Below are positions 16,111 through 27,427 of a stretch of 64,000 bases of DNA, piece by piece (the first letter of the stretch is position 1; every line of letters starts with the position of its first letter). The notes under the pieces are model-generated. The model ran no database searches and was not told the origin of the DNA. It worked only from the letters and a program-made list of their open reading frames with translations. The translations under genes were made by a program, and so were the position numbers. Source of the stretch: Lama glama (taxonomy: Eukaryota); assembly GCA_028534125.1 (NCBI GenBank), contig CM052818.1:14138001-14202000 (forward strand). Direction: 5' to 3'.

Positions 16111-17819
16111 CTACGTTCCCACACAAGGATGGAAGGGCCCTTAGAGGAAGAAACCGCCCTGCGGGAACGGCCACACATCTCACAGGAACTCAAGGCTGGT
16201 GAGACAGCCAACCCCTTGCCACGTGACCAGCTGGGGATGCAGTGATGCCCTTTCTTCCATTTCCTAAGGGGCAGGGGACAGGCTAATGCATAGAATTATG
16301 GTGAGTTTTCTAAATAAACTAGATTTTCTTCCCAGCTCCTCAGGTGAGGCAAAGTCTACCAGTGTGATGACCTGTAAAGGGTACCTAGGAGTCTGACATC
16401 TAAGGTGAGCTGAAGGGTGGTGGTTCAGAGCTCTGCTCTGACTCTCATAGATGCAGCGGGGCCAGCAGGGCAGAGCACGGAGGCAAGGGCCACGCTCATT
16501 CTGATGCTTGGCGCTTGCCCTACAAAGCTCCTACACAATTTGCCATTTCCCCCGCAACAACTAGATATTGCTCTGGGTTTACAGTCTTTCCCTTCTTCCT
16601 GCCTTGCCTTCTATGACAAAGAGCAGCGGCTGATTCAGAGCAGATCCGTTCTTTATTCAGTTTGACACACCTGTACTGCTGGTGGCTCTTTGGCATCAGG
16701 CACTGTGCTGGTTGTTGGTGGGGTTGCAGGGTTAAGATGTAGATCCCTTTAGTCTAGGTTCCCTGACTCTAGCCTTTTCTCTCTCCAAAGCTCGCCAACT
16801 GCAAACATCAGATTAATTCTAAAATACCACATCTCCTTACTCAAAAACATTCACTGACTTTCACTGCCTGTGGGATAAAGTTCAAACTCCTTAAGTCACC
16901 ACAATCAGTCCGACTCCCATCTACTGTGACCCTTGGTCAAGATGACGTATCAATTTACCCCCACATATCAGGAGCTTCCCTATCTTTAGGACTTTGCTTT
17001 TCTAAAATTCTCTCTTATCCGAAAGCTCTTATCCTTCCAACTTAGTGTCTGCCCACTCCCCGGCCTCCCCCGGCCTCCATGTGCTTCACAGAAACCGGGT
17101 GTCATACGTAACCCCCAGTCCTGGAGGATGACTGACTCAAGCTGGGCCGATCGCAGTTTCTTCCAGGAGTTTAGCACTGGGGACACTAGTCATTTTGGCT
17201 GCCTAATTAACTGAGGAGATGTAAACCCAAGTGCTGGACAGCACCACTGCCTACGAAAGCAGTTGACAAAGTCCACAGGGAAAGAGGAGATCGCAACAGG
17301 CACACACAGGCCCCGCTGGGCAGACAAGGCTCCATCTTGGCTTATGATGACTTTGCATCTCCGGGATCCTGTCTTTACTGAAGTTCAGCTGCATTTCCTG
17401 ACCTCTGCTGTGTTCCCTGATAAATCCCCCCATAGTTCCCCTTTTCCAGCAAACAATCTTAAGGTGAGTCTTTCTGGCCTCAGTGAGTTCAGAGCACAGT
17501 AGGGGAGACAGATGAGTAGGAAACAATGGCAGTGGAGTGTGTGACAAGTGCTGTGGAGGAGGGGGTGTGTGGTGGAAGGCAGGAGGGCTCAGAGTGGGGA
17601 GCCTCAGGGGAGACTGCACAGGGAAGATGCTAGAGAAGGCCTTGACACAACAGGGTGTGGGGAGGGAAGAGGAGGGAAGGCAGAGGGGACAAGAGAGACC
17701 ACCAGATCCATGCTGGTTCACCTGAAGGTGCCTGTGGGATGTGCAGGAGTTGATGTCTGCTGGGCAGATCTTAGGACGTGAGTTATCAGATTAAAAGCAA
17801 AATGGTTTAACCTTCTCAC

Positions 17820-17898
17820 CTCAACCAGTTTCTTTTTTTTGGTGATATTGTTCTTCTGGAGCTTCTCAGGCTGGGGAGCTGCTCTGCTAACGGGAGGT
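17820..17898 (-). CDS. EML6: EML6 coding exon (79 nt, phase 2-0)
   Basis: ttccag|A CCT...GAG|gtgaga; (R)PPVSRAAPQPEKLQKNNITKKKKLVE. Confidence 0.93.
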
Positions 17899-18752
17899 CT
17901 GGAACAGAGAGTGGCCAAAAGAAGCACAGCGTTGAACAAAAAGCAGCAAGGTCGCCTGGTCAGTGTGGTCAGCTAAGGCCAGTCCAGGCTCCTCTCTCTC
18001 TTCTCCCCCCTTGGGGACTTACACCCGTGTTTGTCCTGTCCTGCCCCGTCTCAGCTCCCCCACCCCAGGAAAAGCAGTTTCTGACACTGGGGGTCCTGGA
18101 TTCACAAGCACTGATCTGGGCCTCCCCACACCTAAGGCCTCATAGTCAGGGTCAGTCCCCTTCTCCTGGGAGCCTGGAAGAAAACACAGACCAGAGGGAC
18201 TTACTTTAAAACTAAAGAGAAGCCTAAGCCTGACAAGAAAGGGGCTTTGCTTCCTGAACCCACTGGCCATTTTTCAGGCAGGGAGGTACCCACATTGGTC
18301 AGAATTAGGGGGTCAGAGGTCATGGCGTGGTGTGAGGTGGGACTTACAAGCCAGTCTTGGAACGAGCCCTGAAGGCCAAGTGCCCAGGTCATTCTCACTA
18401 AACAAAAGGGCAAAGTGGGAAGTGAAGGTGTCAAAGACAGAACAAACTCCTCCTCTGCCCTGTCCCTCAGGGTCTTGGTCTGTAGCAAACTGCTACCATC
18501 ATACCTGAGGTTAGTTTTCCCACTTAGTTTTGGAGATCTGGGCATCCAGTTTTAATTAAGAGATTTCTTTAATGGGTAAGCTCTTAAGGACTTGCAAATG
18601 AGTAGGGCAATTTTTGGTAATATGGGATTCCCTTAAATCAGACTTTTCGGACTTTAGGAACCCGGGGACGGATGCGGGGACCTGCACCAGCTCGTGCCAC
18701 GTGTTCCAATCTATTCTCTATTGCTCTTGGACTATGCAGAAAAAAGGATTAC

Positions 18753-18761
18753 CTTGATCCC
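18753..18761 (-). CDS. EML6: Candidate 9-nt microexon (phase 2-2), encodes GS(R)
   Basis: tttgtttgctgcttacaag|GGGATCAAG|gtaatc; frame-preserving; resembles the recalled EML5 linker RGSRPP. Confidence 0.75.
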
Positions 18762-20086
18762 CTTGTAAGCAGCAAACAAAGCCAAGTGAGAAACTTAGTA
18801 CAGTTTAGAGCCGCACTAACAACCACCTCATTCATGCACAAGCACCGTCCAAGTGAACAGACATTCCTGTGTGGCACAAACCATGCTTCCCGAGCATGCC
18901 AGCAAAGAACTAAAACAGAAAGGAAAGAGTGCACCGGTCTACAAATCCAGAAAGCTCATACCCTGGCGTCTCTGGGCAAACTCTGCACTAACGCGCCTAC
19001 AGGACAGGGAGAGAGAAGGAAGCCTGGTCACCGCTTCCGCACACTCTCTGTGGCTTTGCCAATGCGCCTGGGGCCTCTGCTTATTTTAGAGTGTGCTGGG
19101 GAGAAACTTGTTGTCAGAGAAACAATCACATCCTCCTGGATGTCGTTGGGAGTTATGCACAATGGCTGCTTTGTTTCTGAATCAAGTTCGACTCATAATT
19201 TAGCCTAATCATTCCGAGTGTTTCTCGGGAGGGCAGCTCGCCTGCTGGAACGGCTTGCATTCTTATGCTGGGGAAAAACAAGGTAGCTTTTTATTTTCTC
19301 AGAAACGCTTCCATCAAAACACGTTATGTAATCTTAAGTGATAATTGGACCAAATGGTATTATAATCACCACCGAAGAATGGTGAGAGAGCACATCTCTC
19401 CAGTGACACCCCCGGCTGACATCATCGCTGCCAAATTGAGCAAAAGCGGGAGGCCGGGGGCAGGCCAGTTCTCACAATTAGACACTTCCTTTGCGTTAAT
19501 TATCGCTTCCCAGGACATCTGCTCTTTTTTCTGTTTTAGTGGGACTTTCGAATGAAATCCGTGGGTTTCTTCTTTCACCTCAGAGTGTTGTAATGTATGA
19601 CAAAAGCAAGCCAAGGTCTGGGCCGGGAGCAAGGGGCCACTGGGGACTAGAGCATGGTTCATAAGGCAGAATTTGAGATTACACGCAGGGCTCATTTCCC
19701 GGGCATACACGGGTTGTATAATATGTCGTATATTATACAGTGTATCTGGAGTATGCATCCAAGCACAAACACTGTGCACTCATATATACACGAGACTGTA
19801 TATATGGACACGTAGAGGCAATCCGATGCTTTTGTTCACCTTGATTTTCAGTTAAAAACTGAAAAGTAAAGCAATCTCAGAATGTTTTCTTTCTTATTTC
19901 ACAAGCATGTTAACAGCTGTATTGCTTCAAAACTGAAGATGAGGGGGCAAAAGGCAGAAACCTGCATTGTGGCAAATTCAGCAGATTGTAAGTCTAGACC
20001 CTTCACAGTTGTGAACTCTGCACGATCACTTAGTACTAGATGCTCATCCAACACCTGGGCTTTTGCAGAGTGCTGTAAATACTTAC

Positions 20087-20101
20087 TTGACAATTCCCTG
20101 C
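20087..20101 (-). CDS. EML6: Candidate 15-nt microexon (phase 2-2), encodes (R)QGIV(K)
   Basis: ttaccttgctttcctttggag|GCAGGGAATTGTCAA|gtaagtat; frame-preserving; resembles the recalled EML5 linker RQGVVR. Confidence 0.78.
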
Positions 20102-21578
20102 CTCCAAAGGAAAGCAAGGTAAAACACAATACAAGCATTAAAGGCTTCTTTCCAGGCATCTATAAACAGGGTTTGTAACATCAGACATGGGAGGGAGTGC
20201 CAAAAATCTCAAGCGCAGCCAAACGCTGAAGGTTTGGCATTTTTCGGTGGATCTAAATCCTTCCAGATTCAGATTCCTTTGGAAATGTGACTCTGAAAAG
20301 CTTTGCTGAGGTGGGAAATAGGAGCAGGTCTGAGAACGTTCACTCACTTTTCAGTCCAATAAACTCTTTATAGCTGGCTGCTCCCTGCTGGCACACAGGA
20401 CGCAGAGTGAGGAGGGCGATGAGCGCGTCAGGAATGGGAATTAGCGGGGAGGCTGGGAGAGGTTAAGAGATGGAAGGCAGGGATCAGAGATGGGAGGAGT
20501 AGAGGCACAAAGGGGTCTCACGGGGGCCAGTGGGGCTTTGAAGAGACACAGGGAAACAAAGGAGAGAGTTTTCATTGGGAAAGCAATGTAAGAAGAGCGC
20601 CTGGCAAGAGGGCAGACCAACTGGACCATCAGGAGAACACGATGGGTAAGCTGAGCTCAGGGAGAGTGGCGGAGCAGCTGTGCCGAGGAAATGGCAGGGA
20701 GGCCTGTGAACTCAAGATGGGACTTGGTGTTAAGCCACAAGGCAGCCCAGCTCCTGCCCCATTCAAGGTGCAGGCTGCTGGTATCCCACCCACACCCATG
20801 CCTCATGTGCTCTGCGGGCACCGAAGGACCTGCCATCATCCCACTGTCCAGCATCTTGGCTGCTGAAGGGAAAGCTGAGACTCACTTCAACATGTGGGGA
20901 GGGTCAAAGAGCCCCAAGGGTGGCCAGCACCCAGGCATCCACCTCCCTGCCCACAGCCCCTCCCTGGGTGCTGGGCTGGCAGAGTCGGGTGGAGCAGAGC
21001 ACACGATGGCCTGAGATGCACAGGAGAGGGGTCGTTGCCAGGACTCTTGGGGAAGCTTCTGAAATGACAGAGGTTATGAAAGTCAGTCCCAACCCAAGAT
21101 GAACACAACGAGAGAGCCAGCTAGGGAGCCAGGCTCAGAAAGCCTGTGAGAAACCAAGTCATTCCAGGGAGCTTCTATAAAGAGAGGTGTGGGTGTGGAG
21201 AAATTCAGCTACATTTAGCCAAGAAATGCAAGTTTGGAAATGTTTTTAGTGTTGTTAGTCACACAGTGTTCAAAGTCCCTGGAGGAAATGTAGCTTTTTC
21301 CAGGTTCCAAAATGTGCTATAAAATGCTCTAAGAGTTTTCAAAATGTCTTAAGAAACCCAGCTATCCTGATTGATCCTGGTACAGGTGGAAACCAGCAGA
21401 TGATCTGAGCACTGTTTTCGAACTGTCCTCCAACAAGATATATCACCCCCATAGATGGGCTTCAGGAGCCAGGGAAACCCTGACATTCATTCCAAATTGT
21501 GTTTACACATGCACACTTTTCTGGTGAAAAGAGGCATGCTTTAATCATATTTTCAAAGATGTCTGCAGGATGTGAGAC

Positions 21579-21682
21579 TGTGTGTGTGTGTGTGTGCACG
21601 TGTGTATGTAAGAGAGAGAGAGAGAGAGAGAGAGGGAGAAGGAGGGAGAAGGAGGGAGGAGAGAGAAGGAGAGAGAAGGAGA
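21579..21682 (+). repeat. Compound microsatellite (TG)n-(AG)n with a purine-rich extension
   Basis: tgtgtgtgtgtgtgtgtg...agagagagagagagagagagagggagaagg read directly. Confidence 0.9.
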
Positions 21683-22079
21683 TTGGGAGAGACGCTGATT
21701 AAGAACCACTTCTCTAGGATAAGTCCAAGTTTAGGAAAAGTATCCAAAGCCATGGGAGCTCTCTATTATCAAAACAAAGGGAACCGGATTCTGTTTAATG
21801 CATTCTTATGTCTTCCAGAACCATCTGTAGAGCTGCTCAGTGAAGGAGCAGAGTTGAAAGAGGCTGTCAGGTGGGAGACTGTGGGCTACCCTGAGCCTTC
21901 CACCATGAAAGTGCCCTTGACTGATGCCTATAATGTGGCCCCTGCCCTTTTTTTTTTTTTAAATAGGGGTATAGTCCCAGTCTTGGCCATTTTAGGTGAA
22001 TATCAAATTATCTGGGTGGAAAATCAAGGGCATAAAGGATGGAGTAGAGGGAAGTACAAGTAAAGGTGAACAGACCCTT

Positions 22080-23850
22080 GAAGAGGCCAATGCAATAATC
22101 CAAGGGAGGGATGGTGAAGATCTGGACTAAAGCAATGGTGGTGGAGAAGGAAACAAGTGAATAAGAAACAGTGGTGAAGCAGACTTCAAGGTCTCTGGAA
22201 CTGATTAGCTCTAAGGGATGAAGGAGGAAGAGCTATGCAAGGGGAGCACCAGTTTTCTGCTTGGGCATCTGGGCGGATGGTGGCACCACTGAGACAGGAG
22301 GACAGACGATGAGTTCAGTTTTGGCACGCCAAACTCTGGACATCTGCGGGTTGGCTATACAGCTGGAAGTTCGACTGAGAGGTGGGACTCAGACATATGA
22401 CTTTGGGAATCATCAGCCAATAGGTGGAATATAGGAGATCAATCAGGAAGAGGGTGGAAGGTGAAAAAAGAGTGGCCAAAGGTGAAATTCGAAGGACCAA
22501 CAGCATGTGAGGGGCTGGAAGAGGAGGCGGGGATGGGACACAGAGAAGGGTGGCTGTAGTGGGAGAAGGAGGGCCAGAAGAGACTGTTTCCGAAAGGTAA
22601 GTGACAGAGGGATATATAGACCTGCACTGTGCAATATAGCAGCCACTGGTCACATGCGGCTGCTGAACAGTGAATTGTGGCCTGTCCACATTTAAGGTGT
22701 GTTAAAGCTGCAAAATACACAGCAGGCTGTGAAGACCTAGTAAAAAAAATTTTTTAATAATATAAAATAATGAATTTTATATTGATTACATGTTAAAATT
22801 ACACATTTTAATATTTTGGGTTAAATGAAATACATTATTAAAATCAATTGCATCATCTCTTTTAATTTTTGTAATGTGGCTGCTAGAAAAATCACATATG
22901 TACTTGCGTTATGTTTCTGTTGAACAATGCTACCCCAAAACACCCAGTTCTCCCTTTAAACGAGACAAAGAGGACAGTGGATTGGATTTGGGAATTAGAG
23001 AGTCACCATGTCAGCAGAATGGCAGGGACAGAAGACAGACGGAATGGCTAGAGAGTGATGGAGCGACTTGGTGGGGCCTGGATGGGAGGGGGAAAAGGAG
23101 GGAGGGTGAGGGTGGGAACATGTGTGTAAGATCAGTCAAGAGATCTGTTCTTCTCCTGAAGTGGGCTGGGTGGGATGGGAATGGGAAAGACCAGAATGTG
23201 TTTCTTGGCTTGAAGACATGAATCCAGTTTTGGACGAGTGGCGTAGGAGACACAGGAAAGGGGAGAGATGCTGAGGGAGCTTGGATGGATGTGAGGCTGA
23301 GGCCCAAGCACCAGCTTGAAGAAGAGAGACTGGCCTTGAACAGGAGGGACTGACTTCCCCTGGGAAGAGACGGAAGGAGGTGAATGGTCTTCGTATGGGT
23401 GGACAATGGGAAGCGAGTCATAGGAGAGAAAGAAGTGCCAAGCTGGAGTTCAAGTTCAGAAATTTGACTGTTGAAGAGGGTGGCAGAAGGAGCCAATCAA
23501 AGACAAGGATGAAGATGAGGGAGCAGCGAAGAGGGCTTAAGCACAGCTGGCAACATGGACTCTGGAGGGTGGGGAAGCAGTTGGCACCAGTGTGATTTTC
23601 TGGTCAGAGAGTGAAGGGGTGGGTGGTAGGAGAAACAATGGAGGAAGAGCCACAAGGCCTGGAAGAGTGGCATTTAAAGATGCAAAAAGTGAGGCCAAGA
23701 AGGAGCTGATGAAAAAAAGATGGAGGTGTGCTGGCACTGGATGCACTGATGAGAATGAAGATGAGGTGTTCTGAGAATGAGAACTCTAGAGGAGAGAAGG
23801 TTAAGCCACTGAGTGAGGAGTTACGGGTGATGACATAACCCACAGCATGA
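22080..23850 (-). mobile_element. Degenerate L2 LINE, interrupted by a MER33/MER3-like element
   Basis: gaggccaatgcaataatccaagggagggatggtg, tttctgcttgggcatctgggcggatggtggcacc and gagttcagttttgg match antisense L2 as recalled; boundaries approximate. Confidence 0.6.
22619..22931. mobile_element. MER33/MER3-like hAT DNA transposon nested in the L2
   Basis: gcactgtgcaatatagcagccactggtcacatgcggctgctg...tttaatttttgtaatgtggctgctagaaaa...ctgttgaacaatgct; imperfect terminal inverted repeats. Confidence 0.7.
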
Positions 23851-24263
23851 CAGTGCGGGTGTGGGCCAGCTGATCATTACCCCAACAGACCGGAAGCCAA
23901 TAAATGACAGAAACTGGGTGGGGAGAGGATGGCAGTGCAGCCATGGACTTCAAAGGAGTGGGTGAGGCTGGTTAGAGAGTGTGCGGGATGCTTTACACAC
24001 ATCCACAAAACGCCGGACCCCCCCACACCTCACACCCACCAACACCCTTACAAGCCGCACACATCTTGCCCCCAACGACTACGTCTTCCGTTACCACATC
24101 AGGACCACACAACAGTACAAAGCAGGAGGGGAAGCCACCTCGGGAGCACCCCTTCCCTCCAAACGCAGGTCTGGGAGATGTTCAGAGACCTGATTAAAAT
24201 AATCGGACCCAACTTGGCCCCTGTCTTCTCAGAGAGCCTCCCTCTGAGTAGAAAAGCGCTTAC

Positions 24264-24352
24264 CGATGTGGGATGTGTTCTTTAGCTCCGTGTGTGAGTG
24301 CGTTTGAGTCAACTGATTCACTGTAGGAGTACGATCTCATAGGTGTATTCAT
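24264..24352 (-). CDS. EML6: Candidate alternative first coding exon of a short EML6 isoform
   Basis: AAG ATG (A at -3) with an in-frame upstream TAA; 29 codons MNTPMRSYSYSESVDSNALTHGAKEHIPH + CG|gtaagc; phase 2 matches the downstream exons; local CpG enrichment. Confidence 0.4.
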
Positions 24353-27300
24353 CTTTTTAAAAAAATCATTTTATAGCACTTGGCCTCTGCATTTTTACAC
24401 CCTTGATACATTTTTTGTGCTAGAAAGTGAGCAAACTGCTCTCTAATGAATGGCAGGCTTAGTTCCTAAAATGATCAGTTACACAGAAGTCATTATTTTG
24501 CTTTAAACAACACAGAAAATCAAGAGATCTGAAAAGAGAAAATCACTTATGAAGGTAGCATTACATTTCCTTAGAAAATCAACGATTCAGCTTTCAGTAG
24601 AGTTACATGGCTAAACACTGGGCTTTTTGAGATGATTACTTTCGGCATTTTCGAGTTTAATAGATATTGTAACTTCAGTTCCTTCCATGTGGTTAAAGAA
24701 CAGGAAACTTGTTCCCTACTGCCTGCTCAGGGCAGCTCTGAGTGAAGAATTCTCAGAATTAAAGGGTGCAGTGAAGGAGGAGGAGTTAGCCTGGAGAGAA
24801 ATGCCCGGGAGTAGCAGGGGACACTGCCTGCCTGCTTGTCTCACCCCAGCACAGTCACCCTCCCAGAGTGAGGTCTGAGCTTGGCTTACAAGTGACATGT
24901 ATGCAACTGCAGGGCTGTGTCCTGAGTTCTCTGCTCTGCAAGGTCCCTCCTTCACAGGACAGAGTGCTTTTGGCAGAGCTCAGTATGGTAAATGCAGCGG
25001 CACCGGCCTCTACTGTTGGTTCTTAGCAGCTCTTACAATACAAGCTCAGAGAGCAGCTACTGATCAGTGATGACAAAGGGCTTCTGTCAGGCCAGTGAGC
25101 GCAGGAAAGCGCCAGGGGACCAGGGCTGTTTATTGGAGGGGAGCATTGCCCCGCTTCATCACACTCATCAAGCCTCAGGCAAGCTTGGAATAGGGACATA
25201 CTCACTCAATAAAGTATTTTTTAAAAACTGGGGGGAGGGGAGGTTCTCCAGCAGATTTCTGTCCTCAAACATAGCATAAAAGGTAAAAAGAAAAACTGGG
25301 ATTACCTAGATCAGGGTTTCTTTCAATTTGGGGAAATCTATCTAAACCTCTCCCGTATTTTCATACGTTGCCACTTGTGAGCCTGTTCTTTATTTCACTG
25401 TCAATTCGCTGACTAAGAAGCTCTTGTCTGCAAAATAGGTGTGATGGCTACAATAACACAGAATTTTCAGTTGTTTTTTTGCCTCAAGTTATTTAAATAG
25501 ATTTAAATAAAACAAACATTTAATTTCTAAAGGATGGATGGTATGGAGATAAAAACATCATTTAACTAAGAGCAGTTCTGCAGCCAGGGAGGCATCACTC
25601 GATTCTACCTGAGTCACACCTTCCCACAAAATAAGGCCATTCACCAGTGCTAACAAAACGAAGGTGAAAGGGGTTACTGATGAAGAACAGATCTGTAGGC
25701 CGTTTTGAGGACACATTAACTTGTTTAAGTATGAAGAGAAGCGGGCTAAGCAAAGGCATCCATTCATTTACTCATTCAAGAAATATTTGTTTACTATGTA
25801 CTATGTGCAAGGAACTGAGTTAGGCACATGGTAGTAACCGTGATAGATACAGGGCTGACCCTTGAGAAACTGAGTCTTGTAAACAAAATTTGTAATTCAG
25901 TGGAACTGTAAACATCTTAGTACCACAAACCCATATATTAAGGAACCAAGAATTAAAGACAGCTATTAATTTGGGGCTGAAACAAAAAATAAAAACAAAA
26001 CAACCCCCCCCTTAGCACTTCTTTATATACCCATGGTGTACAGTTTTCGCTATAGGATTATCTTTTTGTTTAAGTTCATAAATTTATACAGACTGATTCA
26101 GAAAGGATAAGAGATAGTGAAGTAGATACGGTTTAGGGCTTCTCTTCACTCAGTCATAAGCACCGTTTAAGGAAAAGTTTGGAAAACTTGTAATGCTAGA
26201 GTGGAATTTTGAAGTCATTTGGTGCTAGGACCTGTCAGTGCAGAGAGAAGGGACCACCATTAACAGAGGACTCAGAATCTGCTTCTAATCTTGATTTGTA
26301 AAAGCTTCTTGGTTTCCTAAGGAACATATGGCGTAAATTGAGAGTAAATGTGCACCAGAGGGACTAAAAGATTAATGTAAGAATATTCGCAGGTTCCTTC
26401 CTCATAATCCCCTGCTAAGAATAATCCTAAGCACTGCCACCTCAGTGTCTCCTCATACTGGGTCGCTGAGATGGATAGGGCGAAGTTGCCTTGTAGGGGA
26501 AGGCAGTTTATGAGTGAAAACTATTCTCTTCCCCTCCCCTCACCATGGAGGATTGGGAGAAGGATTCCACTCAGGACACACAACCACCTCCACTACATGT
26601 CTGAGGGTGCCCCAACCACTCTCCCCAGTGTGAGGACCTACAGGGAGAGGGAGGATAAAGACCACCCTTCAGGATCCTGATCTGCCTGCAGATCCGCAAG
26701 CAGGGGTTACTGAAAGGTAATGAGACACTGACAGCCAAATGTGGGTGAGTATCTCAAGGGGTCACTGGTGCCGGGGGATGAGTCCCTGTCCATGGGAACT
26801 GTTGGAGGCACCACTCATTCAACCACATGAAAGGAAACTTACAGCATACATGACTGAGCAGGGGAGTTGCCTGATCCCCTAGACCCCTCCTAAACACTCA
26901 ATGTCACACGCTGTCTTCCAGAGGGAACAAGTACCCTCAGTGCCACAGAGATGTAGCTTAGGAGTGAGGGCCTCTCAACTTAAAAGTGTTGTTCAGAATT
27001 TCCTAAAGGTTAATGCCTTTAACCTGAGAAATGGAAGGATGGCCAGGGGTGCCAACTGCTTAGAGACAGAAATTTCCAAACTGGATTATGGATATAAAGA
27101 CAAGATGCCAACAAGATCTCAGACACTTGATATCTAATTCACGGGTGTCAGTGACTGGAAATGAACCTAAATCTTGTTAAGTTGTTAAGGAGTTTATTAA
27201 TTCGTTCAATAAATATTTACTGTGTGCTGCCACTGTTACAAAATTTGAAGATAGAGCAGTATATTAGAAATTTTTCTCTCACAGAGTTGATATCCTAGTT

Positions 27301-27427
27301 GGAGGAGAGGAACTTTATTAGAATTTCCTAATCTGGCAAACAACAAAGATCTATGGTTGTTCAACTCTTAAGGGAATTCCCAGACTTTCAACCAACAGGA
27401 GTAAGATAATGTGTTCTATTCCACTGA

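Noticed and set aside
18023..18040. Additional microexon ending GGGT|gtaagt
   Set aside because: There is no polypyrimidine tract (upstream is G-rich), the exonic donor context is poor, and there is no paralog support.
18195..18219. Additional microexon ending at the strong donor AAA|gtaagt (~18194)
   Set aside because: The available upstream AGs give 7, 19 or 25 nt, none frame-preserving, and there is no paralog support.
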